Shown: one piece after another, positions 1 to 8,735 of the stretch
How the letters are laid out: each line of letters begins with the position of its first letter
How positions within the stretch are numbered: the stretch's first letter is position 1
NCBI GenBank assembly: GCA_964619725.1
Contig: CAZUFC010000211.1
Coordinates: 1-10,029, forward strand
Reading direction: 5' to 3'
From: an uncultured bacterium
Lineage (GTDB): Bacteria; CSSED10-310; CAZUFC01
DNA length: 10,029 bases
Program-made: the position numbers and the translations under genes
Notes under the pieces: generated by a model
Database searches by the model: none
What the model saw: only the letters and a program-made list of their open reading frames with translations
What the model was told of the DNA's origin: nothing

Positions 1-1
1 A

Positions 2-124
2 TTGGATTGTCCAAAAATTTGGGCTGATTTTGACCCTATTTTAACGATTTCTGAAATTAACATTCAAGACTGCAAAAATTGTAACCTCGAAACACGGATA
101 TCTGATCAACCCCTTGTTCTTTAA
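2..124 (+). CDS. possible 3' end of a gene entering from the left edge (unknown product)
   Basis: Frame open from base 2 to TAA 122-124 (LDCPKIWADFDPILTISEINIQDCKNCNLETRISDQPLVL*) in AT-rich sequence; the stop overlaps the stop of the convergent minus-strand gene (shared TTAA 121-124). No recognisable motif, so it could be chance. Confidence 0.25.
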   Translation: MDCPKIWADFDPILTISEINIQDCKNCNLETRISDQPLVL

Positions 125-882
125 CTCCAGAACATTTGCCACCAGAATGATATTGGTCCTCTCGCTCTCTTCTTGAAAGCGAAAAAATCGGCATCCTGCA
201 GGCCGAACGCTTCTTTCCAGCGGGCGGCATTATTTACTGCGCCCTGAAAGCAGGCATGAAGTATCAACGCATCCAGGCGGCCTTGATTCATCCAGAATTT
301 TATTTCTGCAGAAGTAATGACCTCGTTTTCATTCGGCCACATGAAATCAGCCCCGCCCGGCTCTCCAGGTACGCCGGTTTTAGAATCTTCATCGCTGCCG
401 TGACCGATATAACAAAAAGCCTTTACGCAAGGGTCCACAATGAAACCTTTAATTTGAGCCGACGTGGGCTGATCCAGCAACGCAGTCAGATAACCCCGAT
501 TGTTTAAATCTCTCACAGCCTCTTCAGCCGTATTTCTAAATATTCTGTCGCTGAATACGAAACCGGTCAAAGCGCCTACTGCGACTACAGCCTTTTTTAC
601 CCGGCATTCGACTGATGCCTCATCCGGACGCAATCGGGAAGCTCCTTCAGGAAATCCGGGACTGGGCGGCGCCTCCTCGCTTTTTTTTATTTGAAATATG
701 TTTTTTTCTTTCAACTGAAATGACTCGAACTCCTTCTTTCGTTTCAGTTCTTTTATCTTCGACTCGCCATGAAAATGTTGATGGGCTTTTCGATCCGACT
801 CATCTATCAGTTCGCCCAGATCATCTATTTCCCCATTGGCATCCGGCTGGCGTTTTCCCTCTGCACTCTCATCTTGTTTCAT
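121..882 (-). CDS. putative caspase/CHAT-like (clan CD) cysteine peptidase domain protein with charged, probably disordered N-terminus
   Basis: ORF 121..894; the ATG at 882 has GGAGG just upstream (ATGGAGGAAAAAATG) and is the likelier start. The C-terminal ~155 aa show hydrophobic strand KAVVAVG, helix, LNNRGYLTALLDQPTSAQIKGFI, strand+GHG (AFCYIGHG, His codon 402-400) and strand+AC (ALILHAC, Cys codon 252-250), the caspase-hemoglobinase fold pattern. Confidence 0.75.
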   Translation of the reverse strand: MKQDESAEGKRQPDANGEIDDLGELIDESDRKAHQHFHGESKIKELKRKKEFESFQLKEKNIFQIKKSEEAPPSPGFPEGASRLRPDEASVECRVKKAVVAVGALTGFVFSDRIFRNTAEEAVRDLNNRGYLTALLDQPTSAQIKGFIVDPCVKAFCYIGHGSDEDSKTGVPGEPGGADFMWPNENEVITSAEIKFWMNQGRLDALILHACFQGAVNNAARWKEAFGLQDADFFAFKKRARGPISFWWQMFWS

Positions 883-1024
883 TTTTTCCTCCATTGAACG
901 TAAAAATCCGGCGAATAAACCTTAGAGCGTCTTCCACGCCGTCTCGATTGTTCGGAAAGTCGAGTATATTTCATATTACCCCGGAAGAAAACAAAAAATA
1001 TGGGTCAAATTTTTACGTGATATT

Positions 1025-1053
1025 TTGACTAGCCTGATTCCGATTAGTATAAT
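1025..1053 (+). promoter_or_regulatory. sigma70-type promoter of the giant surface protein gene
   Basis: TTGACT (1025-1030), 17 nt spacer, TATAAT (1048-1053), with an AT-rich upstream tract; predicted TSS near 1060. Confidence 0.75.
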
Positions 1054-1167
1054 AATTGGAGTAAATTAATGCCTGTTGGGCATGAAACCAAGCGAAGCAG
1101 TTTTTTTTATGAGATCAAAAATAGTAACAGAGTTAAGTTCGATAAATTTTTTGCAGGGGGAAGGATT

Positions 1168-1245
1168 TTGAAAAAAAATTCAAGTATATGGAGCATTTTG
1201 TTTTTGAGTTTCAGTTTGGTGATTTTTTCACAAAGTGTTTTGGGT
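1168..1245 (+). other. Sec signal peptide coding segment
   Basis: Basic N-region (KK), hydrophobic core [14 protein letters not shown], small-residue cleavage site VLG|Q, followed by a Thr/Ala/Pro/Glu linker (1246-1341). Confidence 0.7.
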
Positions 1246-4200
1246 CAAACGCATACGCCCATGACGACTGAAACTGCGACGCCGGATGTCACGGCGACGC
1301 CTGAGGCGACGGCAACGGCGGAACCGACGGCGACGCCTGAAAGCGGCTCATTTGTATTGGCGACCGATGATTTTGGTTATATTTATTATGCCGCCTGCGA
1401 CGGTGCGGGGAATTTTTCTGATTATGCGAAGATCGACACGATTCCGGGTTCAGGCAAGGCGCGAGGAATAGTTATCCATGATTTTGACAGGGACGGCGAT
1501 CTTGATTTCATAGCTGGCCGTCATCATAACGGAAAGCGGAATCATTTTTTATATTTGAATGACGGGAGCGATAATTTCACGTTAGGCAAACTGGCAGCGA
1601 CGGTGGACAGTTCCGACAATTATGCGAACGATTTTGCAGTAGGGGATTTCAATAACGACGGATTTGCGGATTTCATATCGGGCGAGAACACGGGCAATGT
1701 GCATGTGCATCTGAACGACGGCGACGGCAGTTTCAGCAGCGCTTTATTGGAATTAGGGGGATACGGACGCGGAATGGATGCGGCGGATTTGGACAACGAC
1801 GGCAACCTGGATTTTGTGCGCGGGACTTACAGCAACGGATTATTAAAGGCGTATATGGGCCTGGGAGACGGGACTTTTTCTGAAGGAGAGGTAATAGCGG
1901 ATGCGGGAACTGATCCTTACGGAGTGGTCTGCGGGGATTTCGATAACGATGGATATGCTGACGTGATAGGCGTTCAGGGCAACAACGGCGATTCGAGTTT
2001 TTTCAGGAACCTGGGCGACGGAACGTGGAGCGACATGGGTTACATTTCTTCCCTGGATTTAAACAATCATTGCGCGTATGATGCCTTTGATTACAACGGA
2101 GACGGAAACCTTGACATAGTAGCGGTCGATTATTCGGGCCGGGGGTTATGGTTTTATCCCGGCACGGGCGGAGCGACTTTCGGCGCAAGAATACAGATAA
2201 ACCAGAGCGGCATAACGGGATACACATTAGGCGTTTCTGCACCGCCGTACGGACAATGGCCTTACGGCGTGCCGGCGGGTTGCCCGCGACCGGAGATATC
2301 TCCTTCGTTTCAGACAATACCCAAGGGAGGATTCGCCTCTTTCAGCGGAGAGAATTCGACTGATCCCGGCGGCGGCATAATAGGATGGGACTGGACGTTC
2401 GGGGACGGAGGCGCGACGAGCGGCAGCAGTACGGTAATGCATCCGTATACGACCGAAGGCGATTATATAGTGCGGCTGAAGGTGACGGACACGGACGGCA
2501 ATAGAGGTTATGCTTACGCGAATGTACTCGTTCAGGGGGCGATTCCGACGGGGGATGCCGGAGGTCCTTATGATTTTGATGAATCCTATGCATCGGAAGG
2601 CGTTTATACTGTGCCTTTGAACGGAACGGGCTCGTCGGATACGGAAGGAATAGCGGAATATAAATGGGCGACCGGCGACGGTTTCAGCGATGATTTCGAA
2701 AGCGGAGCGCTGAGCGACTGGTTTATATACGGCGGTTCCTGGTCGGCAGCGGGAGGCGTTCTGACTCAAAGCGATACGGATGTCGAGCGTGCCGTTGTTT
2801 ATTACAACGCTCCGGGGAGCAAGCATCTTTCGAAGTACAGGATAGATGTAGACGTTACCATTAACGGAGGTTCAGAGAAGCGGGCAGTATTGCTTTTTCG
2901 GGGACAGGACAGCGTAAACAACTATGAACTGGCTCTTCAGGGAGGATTTGAACCGGCCGTTATCCTGACCAAATGGCAAAACGGTACGGAAACCAGCCTG
3001 CTGGGCAAAACGATTCTTTCAGGGATAAATGAGGGGCAGGAATACCGGTTGTCTGCAGAAGCGGAAGGCACGCGGTTACGCGCTTACCTGGATGATGAAT
3101 TAATAATGGAGGTGCAGGATGATGCGCCTTTCGGCGCCGGATGGGTCGGCCTGGGCAGCGATTACTCCAGCGTAACGTTCGACGATTTCCAGGTCACCAC
3201 GCTGGGCGTTTACGGCGCTCTCGTTTTCTATTCTTATTACCTGGGAACTTATGACGTAACCTTAACCGTCACGGACCATGCGGGACAAACGGACGAGGAT
3301 TCCACCACGATCGTCTGCGGCACTTCCGATCCTCCCGTTGCCGATCCCGGAGGCCCTTACGTGCTGGATGAATCCAGGGCCGTCTGCGGTTCGTGGTTGC
3401 TGGATTATGACGGCAGCGGTTCTTCGGATGATTACGGGATTGAAATGTATCAGTGGAATTTCGGCGTCGACGATTTCGACGGCTCAAACATCAATGAAGT
3501 TAAATGGATCGTATCCGAAGATGTGACTCAAAACGGCGTTATGGAAGTCGACGGTTCGGGCTTATGGGGAGAACGCTATGTTTTCAGCCAGGATAATTAT
3601 CCACGCGTCAAAGGGATGTTTATTCAGGCCCGAGTCATGCCCCGGTCAGGAAGAGTCATGTGGGGTTTCAAGAATACCGGATTGGGTTATTCCTACACTA
3701 ATATGCCTTATGCGATTTATTTTGATAACGGAAACGTAAAAATATTTGAGTACGGAGCTGATCGAGGGACCATAACGACAGTACCTCTGGAAGTTTGGTA
3801 CGACGTTAAAATTGAACTCAAGGAAACCGCGGGAGCCCGCTATTATTACCGTGAATACGGAGAAACGGAATGGATATTGCTCTTCGATTCGGTCTTTTCA
3901 TCGGAGACGCCTTTAAAGCGGGGCATGACCGTACAAAGCGGAACTCATTACCTGGATGATTTTCAGGAGACTGCGGCCGGAGAGTCCGGGACATATCACG
4001 TATATGAAAGCGGCGATGCCTCCTTGACGGTAATGGACCAGGCGCAACAGACGGATACTCAGACCACGACGGTAACCGTCACGGGCAATGATCCTCCTGA
4101 ATCTGATGCAGGGCCCGACATGAGTATGGACGAGCATAATGCCTTTATGGGTACCTGGAACGTTCAGTTCGACGGTTCCGGAACAACGGACGATTTCGGA

Positions 4201-7200
4201 ATATGCACTTATGAGTGGGATTTCGGCGACGGATCGACGGGAACAGGAGTTAATCCCACGCACACCTACTTCGCCACAGGTGAGTATGACGTTTCGCTGA
4301 CGGTCACTGATAATGCGTTACAGCAAGACACGGACCATATGGATTTGACCATATCGCCGAACGATCCGCCGGTTGCTGACGCAGGCGGACCTTATGTCGT
4401 GAATGAAGATGAAGCGATGGAGGGCAAATGGACGATAATGTTCGACGGCAACGGATCAAGCGACGATGTGGGATTAATTTCTTACCGCTGGGACGTCAGT
4501 CCTGATTCGTTCGACGGCATATGGATCAATTTGAACAAATGGTTTGTTTCAAACTATATATCTCAGAACAATCAAATTCGTCTGGAAGGCTCCACCTGGG
4601 GCACCCGGTTCATATTCAGTCAGGATACTTATCAGAGAGGCAGCCTGAAGTACATAACCGCCAAAGTGAAATCAGAAGACGGCCGTTTCATGTGGGGCCT
4701 GAAAGATACGGGACCGGGATTCACTTACACGAACATGCCGTACGCCATCTATTTCGACACCGGAACTTTGAAGATATACGAAGACGGTTGGAGCCGCGGC
4801 GTGGTGGGTTCTTATGATTATGACCAGTGGTATGAGGTCAAGATAGAGCTGAAATCGTCGACCGGGGCCAAGTATTATTACAGGGAAGAGGGCGCCGGCG
4901 AATGGAGCCTGCTTTATAATTCCGATTACGGGGATGATGAATACTTCAGCAAGGGCATGGTAGCGGAGAGCGGCGTCCAGTATATGGACGACTTCGGCGA
5001 GGCGTTCGTCGGACCGACGCTGTTGTACAACATATACGGAGAATGCGAAGCAACGCTGACGGTAATGGACAATGCCCGGCAGACAGATTCTGACGTGGCC
5101 GAGGTAGTGGTAATCGGCGGCGGTCCTACGGCTAACGCGGGCGGCCCTTATTTCAGCCATCTTGACGCTCCGATAATGTTCGACGGGTCGAATTCCACCG
5201 ACGATATAGCATTGGTACAGTTCCTGTGGGATTTCGGAGACGGCAATACCGGCGGCGGCGAGCGGCCTTTTCATACTTACACGACCTTGCCGGAATTCGA
5301 TTCGCAATGGGCTATTTCAGCGACGGCCAGCAGCGAGCGAGGTTCCTCCAGTTACAGCGCCATGCAGGCTACCGGGGCCCCTGACGTCAATTCATGCACC
5401 GACAGCGCTTCAGCCTGGGCTTCATCATCATCCGACATGGGCGAACAATGGCTTGAATTGACTTATGCGGAAGAAATGGAAATCGAACTGGTTACCATAC
5501 ACGAAACGTATAATCCCGGATTCGTTACGAAAATAGATGGATACAATGCCCAGAATGAATTAGTGACCATATGGACCGGAACGGATGACACGGTTTGCAA
5601 CGGTTATCTTGCGGCAACCATCAGTCCGGCATTCTTGACGGATACGATAAGGATATACTGCGATACGGACGTTTCCGGATGGAATGAGATCGATGCGGTC
5701 AGGATTTCCGAGCATCCGCCGGACCAGGTTAGTTATACGGTATCATTAACCGTCATCGATCAGGGCGGACATACCGACACCGCCACCACGACGGTATTTC
5801 TGGACGTCGCTCCCATGACGGTTTGCGTCCCGTGGCAGTTCGACGCGGGACAGGAAGTTCCTCATCCCGTGTGGTATACGGGCAACGGCGGATCATCTCA
5901 GACCAACGAAGTTACATTCAAAGCAACGGCCAAGGGAATATTTACGCCTTTGACCTATACTTGGGATTTCGGAGACGGCGCGACCGACGGACCCCACATG
6001 GTGACGGACAAGCTGGCGATTGAAGCTACACACCAATATACAGGCGTTTCGGAAGATCAACCCATTTACGCATCGTTGACCATTCGCGACGCCATGGGCA
6101 ATGAAACCACAGACGACTACCTGCTGATCGTGAGGCCCAAGAACCTGGAAGTCGAAGCGGACGTCGCCATCGATAACGGGTTGTGGTACCTGCATAAAAC
6201 TCAAAACAGAACCCCCGGCTCCGATTTCGGCGCCTGGAGATATAACTCATCCTACTCCGCCTCATCGACAGCCTCTTGCATACAGGCTTTTGAAATCAAC
6301 GGACATCTTGAAATCGGCGATATGAAACAGGACCCCTACGTTGAAACGGTGATTTACGGAATGCGATATCTCTTCACAACCATCGATTATTACGAAATAA
6401 GCGAACAAACGGCCGGCGATCCCGACACTAATGACAACGGTATCGGGTTGACCGTAACCGAAAGCCGTCCCATTTACCAGGGCGGCATGGTTATGGATGC
6501 CATAGCCGCCAGCAGCACGCCCGACGCCAGGGCCGAAACAGGCTCTGTTTATGTTCTAGGGAAAACGTACAAACAAATTCTTACCGACATGATGGATATG
6601 TATGCCTGGGGACAGGGCGATTCGGGCGGCGACAGGGGAGGCTGGCGTTACAACTGGAATTCCGACGCAGATAATTCCGCCTGCCAATGGGCCTCTATCG
6701 GCATCATGGCGGCAAGAGATTACGCCGGCGTTACTGCCCCTGAATGGGTGAAAGATGAGAACCTCATCTGGTTGAACTACAGCCGTTACGGCAGCCTGGG
6801 GACTTACGGATACACATCATCCTCATCAGGCGGCTCAGGCTGGAACGCTACCACAGCTTCAGGACTCGTTCAGCTTGCCTTCTGCGGTATCGACACCGAA
6901 CATGCGCATTGGGAAGCCGCCGAGGACTATTTCGCTGACCGGTGGTCAAGTTTCATGAGTTCCGACAATACATATGCCTTTTACGCCTTTGCCAAGGCTA
7001 TGAGGCTGGCGGTTCCCGAACCCGTCATCAATCTTGAAGCTACAGGCCTCGATTGGTTCGAAAACCCCACTTCGGGCATGAAACGTTACCTCGTAAACGA
7101 TCAGAATGCCAACGGTTCCTGGAACTCCGGAAGCGGATGGCCTGGCGCCAACGCTTCGCTCAGTTGTCCCTGGTCCATTATTATCCTGACTTCCGCCCTG

Positions 7201-8676
7201 TTTACGCGACCGCCGGTGGCCGTTATAGAATCGAACGGTTCTGCGGTCACGGAACTTTACTGGGGCCAGGGAGTCCAGTTATGCCTCGACGGATCGGGCT
7301 CCTATCATCTCGATCCCACCAAGGATATCGTTTCCTACTCCTGGGATATGAACGGCGACGGCATATTCGACGATTGCGATTCGCCTCAATGCTGCTACAC
7401 CTGGGACGAAATGGGCGATCATACCGCTGCCTTGCGAGTCGTGGATAACGCCGATCCCCCGCAGATGGATACCGCCTACTGCATAATCCATATCGTCGAA
7501 CCACCTCATGCGCCCTTCTCCGTTATCGGAGGTCCCTACGAATGCACCGCCGGACTGCCTTGCGAAATGGACGGCAGCGCCTCCTACGACATCGATCCCG
7601 GCGATGAAGTGACCGAATGGTGGTGGGACCTCGACGGACACCCCTGGGAATTCACCACATACCAGGGAGGTCCGGAAATGGCTGTCATTACTCACATCTT
7701 CGATATTGCAGGCACCAAACAGATCGGCTTGAAAGTCTGGGATAACGGCGTTTTCAATGAAGGCGTCAAACTCGACGACAACAGCTATACCACCGTACTC
7801 GTCGCTCAAAACGTCGCCCCTGTCGCTGAAGCAGGAGGACCTTACACTATCTTTGAAGGAGTAGAACTGACGCTTGACGGCACAGCGTCATACGACCCCA
7901 ACGGCGACCCCATCGATTTCGCCTGGGACCTCGACAATGACGGACAATATGACGATTCCAGCGATGACGATCCTGAATATACCTGGATGGATAACGGCCC
8001 CTACATGGTCGGCCTTGAAGTTACGGATACCTTGCTGCAGGGATACGATACCGCTAACGTCAACGTTCTCGATCAAGGTCCCGATGCCGCCGTAACAGGA
8101 GATTCGGAATTGTACATCAATGAAATGGGCTCCTATGACGCCGGCGGCTCATCCTCCTTCCCCGATGAAATCGTACTCTATGAATGGGATTGGAATTACA
8201 ACGGCTTCGTTTTCGTTTCTTCAGGCGACGAAGGTCCCACACAAACCCATAGCTGGGATACGGCAGGTACCTACAATGCAGCCGTCAGGGTCGTAGACGA
8301 CGACGGCTCGGCAAATGTCGCCTACATGCCCGTTAATGTTAACGATCCTCCTACCGCTACTCCTACCGCTACACCGACAGACACGCCTACCCTTACTCCT
8401 ACTGCCACACTGTCGGCCACTCCTACGCTCTCGCCTACACCCACTAGCTCGCCCACCTTTACGCCGTCAGGCACCCCTACCGATGCCCCGACATCTACTC
8501 CTACAAATACAGAAACGCCGCTTCCTACCGAAACCCCTACAGATACCCCCATCTATACCAGCACACCCACCATCGTCCCCACTCCCGCTCCCATTCCGGC
8601 AGTCGGAACCGCCGGCGCAGCAATACTGATGCTTCTCTTAGGATCAATCATACTCTTCGCCAGAAGGAAAAAATAA
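1168..8676 (+). CDS. giant secreted surface protein: FG-GAP repeats + multiple PKD domains + lectin/discoidin-like inserts + prenyltransferase/squalene-cyclase-like barrel + IPTL-CTERM-like anchor
   Basis: Uninterrupted ORF 1069..8676. In-frame TTG at 1168 follows AGGGGGAAGGA and gives a typical Sec signal ([28 protein letters not shown]); ATG 1069 is the alternative start. Repeated DxxxDGxxD motifs, repeated A.AGGPY...DGS.S.D...W.FGDG...LTV.D PKD motifs, GGWRY/QNANGSW QW-type motifs, and a C-terminal TM helix + RRKK. Confidence 0.92.
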   Translation: MKKNSSIWSILFLSFSLVIFSQSVLGQTHTPMTTETATPDVTATPEATATAEPTATPESGSFVLATDDFGYIYYAACDGAGNFSDYAKIDTIPGSGKARGIVIHDFDRDGDLDFIAGRHHNGKRNHFLYLNDGSDNFTLGKLAATVDSSDNYANDFAVGDFNNDGFADFISGENTGNVHVHLNDGDGSFSSALLELGGYGRGMDAADLDNDGNLDFVRGTYSNGLLKAYMGLGDGTFSEGEVIADAGTDPYGVVCGDFDNDGYADVIGVQGNNGDSSFFRNLGDGTWSDMGYISSLDLNNHCAYDAFDYNGDGNLDIVAVDYSGRGLWFYPGTGGATFGARIQINQSGITGYTLGVSAPPYGQWPYGVPAGCPRPEISPSFQTIPKGGFASFSGENSTDPGGGIIGWDWTFGDGGATSGSSTVMHPYTTEGDYIVRLKVTDTDGNRGYAYANVLVQGAIPTGDAGGPYDFDESYASEGVYTVPLNGTGSSDTEGIAEYKWATGDGFSDDFESGALSDWFIYGGSWSAAGGVLTQSDTDVERAVVYYNAPGSKHLSKYRIDVDVTINGGSEKRAVLLFRGQDSVNNYELALQGGFEPAVILTKWQNGTETSLLGKTILSGINEGQEYRLSAEAEGTRLRAYLDDELIMEVQDDAPFGAGWVGLGSDYSSVTFDDFQVTTLGVYGALVFYSYYLGTYDVTLTVTDHAGQTDEDSTTIVCGTSDPPVADPGGPYVLDESRAVCGSWLLDYDGSGSSDDYGIEMYQWNFGVDDFDGSNINEVKWIVSEDVTQNGVMEVDGSGLWGERYVFSQDNYPRVKGMFIQARVMPRSGRVMWGFKNTGLGYSYTNMPYAIYFDNGNVKIFEYGADRGTITTVPLEVWYDVKIELKETAGARYYYREYGETEWILLFDSVFSSETPLKRGMTVQSGTHYLDDFQETAAGESGTYHVYESGDASLTVMDQAQQTDTQTTTVTVTGNDPPESDAGPDMSMDEHNAFMGTWNVQFDGSGTTDDFGICTYEWDFGDGSTGTGVNPTHTYFATGEYDVSLTVTDNALQQDTDHMDLTISPNDPPVADAGGPYVVNEDEAMEGKWTIMFDGNGSSDDVGLISYRWDVSPDSFDGIWINLNKWFVSNYISQNNQIRLEGSTWGTRFIFSQDTYQRGSLKYITAKVKSEDGRFMWGLKDTGPGFTYTNMPYAIYFDTGTLKIYEDGWSRGVVGSYDYDQWYEVKIELKSSTGAKYYYREEGAGEWSLLYNSDYGDDEYFSKGMVAESGVQYMDDFGEAFVGPTLLYNIYGECEATLTVMDNARQTDSDVAEVVVIGGGPTANAGGPYFSHLDAPIMFDGSNSTDDIALVQFLWDFGDGNTGGGERPFHTYTTLPEFDSQWAISATASSERGSSSYSAMQATGAPDVNSCTDSASAWASSSSDMGEQWLELTYAEEMEIELVTIHETYNPGFVTKIDGYNAQNELVTIWTGTDDTVCNGYLAATISPAFLTDTIRIYCDTDVSGWNEIDAVRISEHPPDQVSYTVSLTVIDQGGHTDTATTTVFLDVAPMTVCVPWQFDAGQEVPHPVWYTGNGGSSQTNEVTFKATAKGIFTPLTYTWDFGDGATDGPHMVTDKLAIEATHQYTGVSEDQPIYASLTIRDAMGNETTDDYLLIVRPKNLEVEADVAIDNGLWYLHKTQNRTPGSDFGAWRYNSSYSASSTASCIQAFEINGHLEIGDMKQDPYVETVIYGMRYLFTTIDYYEISEQTAGDPDTNDNGIGLTVTESRPIYQGGMVMDAIAASSTPDARAETGSVYVLGKTYKQILTDMMDMYAWGQGDSGGDRGGWRYNWNSDADNSACQWASIGIMAARDYAGVTAPEWVKDENLIWLNYSRYGSLGTYGYTSSSSGGSGWNATTASGLVQLAFCGIDTEHAHWEAAEDYFADRWSSFMSSDNTYAFYAFAKAMRLAVPEPVINLEATGLDWFENPTSGMKRYLVNDQNANGSWNSGSGWPGANASLSCPWSIIILTSALFTRPPVAVIESNGSAVTELYWGQGVQLCLDGSGSYHLDPTKDIVSYSWDMNGDGIFDDCDSPQCCYTWDEMGDHTAALRVVDNADPPQMDTAYCIIHIVEPPHAPFSVIGGPYECTAGLPCEMDGSASYDIDPGDEVTEWWWDLDGHPWEFTTYQGGPEMAVITHIFDIAGTKQIGLKVWDNGVFNEGVKLDDNSYTTVLVAQNVAPVAEAGGPYTIFEGVELTLDGTASYDPNGDPIDFAWDLDNDGQYDDSSDDDPEYTWMDNGPYMVGLEVTDTLLQGYDTANVNVLDQGPDAAVTGDSELYINEMGSYDAGGSSSFPDEIVLYEWDWNYNGFVFVSSGDEGPTQTHSWDTAGTYNAAVRVVDDDGSANVAYMPVNVNDPPTATPTATPTDTPTLTPTATLSATPTLSPTPTSSPTFTPSGTPTDAPTSTPTNTETPLPTETPTDTPIYTSTPTIVPTPAPIPAVGTAGAAILMLLLGSIILFARRKK
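1351..2246 (+). repeat. FG-GAP/VCBS-type repeats (Ca2+-binding beta-propeller)
   Basis: Five D-[FLY]-[DN]-x-D-G-x-x-D motifs starting at 1480, 1645, 1786, 1936 and 2089 (about 50 aa spacing), each followed by an N/G-x-G-D-G-x-F-like turn, plus a partial N-terminal blade. Confidence 0.9.
2284..6138 (+). repeat. seven PKD-type domains, four of them interrupted by inserted domains
   Basis: Approximate units: 2284-2538, 2539-3318 (split), 3328-4080 (split), 4087-4359, 4360-5115 (split), 5116-5802 (split), 5803-6138; motifs [32 protein letters not shown] and V.LTV.D. Confidence 0.8.
6139..7206 (+). other. terpenoid cyclase/protein prenyltransferase-like alpha/alpha barrel domain
   Basis: [13 protein letters not shown]...GAW, WGQ...GGWRY (6637), DADNSA (6664-6681), [10 protein letters not shown] and [12 protein letters not shown] (Q at 7102): QW-repeat pattern of the squalene-hopene cyclase/prenyltransferase superfamily. 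Confidence 0.75.
7210..8343 (+). repeat. four tandem intact PKD-type domains
   Basis: Approximate units 7210-7500, 7501-7806, 7807-8070, 8071-8343, with DGS.SY..D / WD[ML][ND].DG / L.V.D motifs. Confidence 0.8.
8344..8592 (+). repeat. Pro/Thr-rich low-complexity stalk (PTxT repeats)
   Basis: [20 protein letters not shown]...PTPAP, 83 aa with 31 Thr. Confidence 0.9.
8593..8673 (+). other. IPTL-CTERM-like C-terminal sorting signal
   Basis: IPAVGTAG, hydrophobic [15 protein letters not shown], then RRKK-stop: tripartite motif/TM/basic-tail layout. Confidence 0.7.
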
Positions 8677-8682
8677 ATCTCA

Positions 8683-8735
8683 GAAACGCCCCAACGCCCG
8701 TTTCTCAACCTGAAAAACAGGCCTTGGGGCGTTTC
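8683..8735. terminator. long imperfect hairpin, probable intrinsic (possibly bidirectional) terminator
   Basis: GAAACGCCCCAA (8683-8694) pairs perfectly with TTGGGGCGTTTC (8724-8735); pairing continues inward to a 3-nt loop (8708-8710) with three mismatches; it starts 6 nt after the stop codon. Confidence 0.7.

Noticed and set aside
256-1028. Plus-strand ORFs 256..507, 500..694 and 615..1028
   Set aside because: Antisense shadows of the minus-strand peptidase-like gene with no motifs; the last one runs into the promoter region.
2683-5721. Inteins or self-splicing elements as an explanation for the in-frame inserts
   Set aside because: Inserts lack N-terminal Cys/Ser plus C-terminal His-Asn splice motifs and homing endonuclease motifs; they look like beta-sandwich binding domains.
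6139-7206. Alpha-2-macroglobulin/complement-type thioester domain as an explanation for the alpha/alpha barrel
   Set aside because: No GCGEQ/CxEQ motif is present.
1286-8629. Numerous short alternative-frame and antisense ORFs within the giant gene (e.g. 2227..2826, 4672..5307, 7279..7809, 8322..8552)
   Set aside because: Arg-rich or Val/Gly-repeat by-products of the main frame's codon structure; no independent coding signals.
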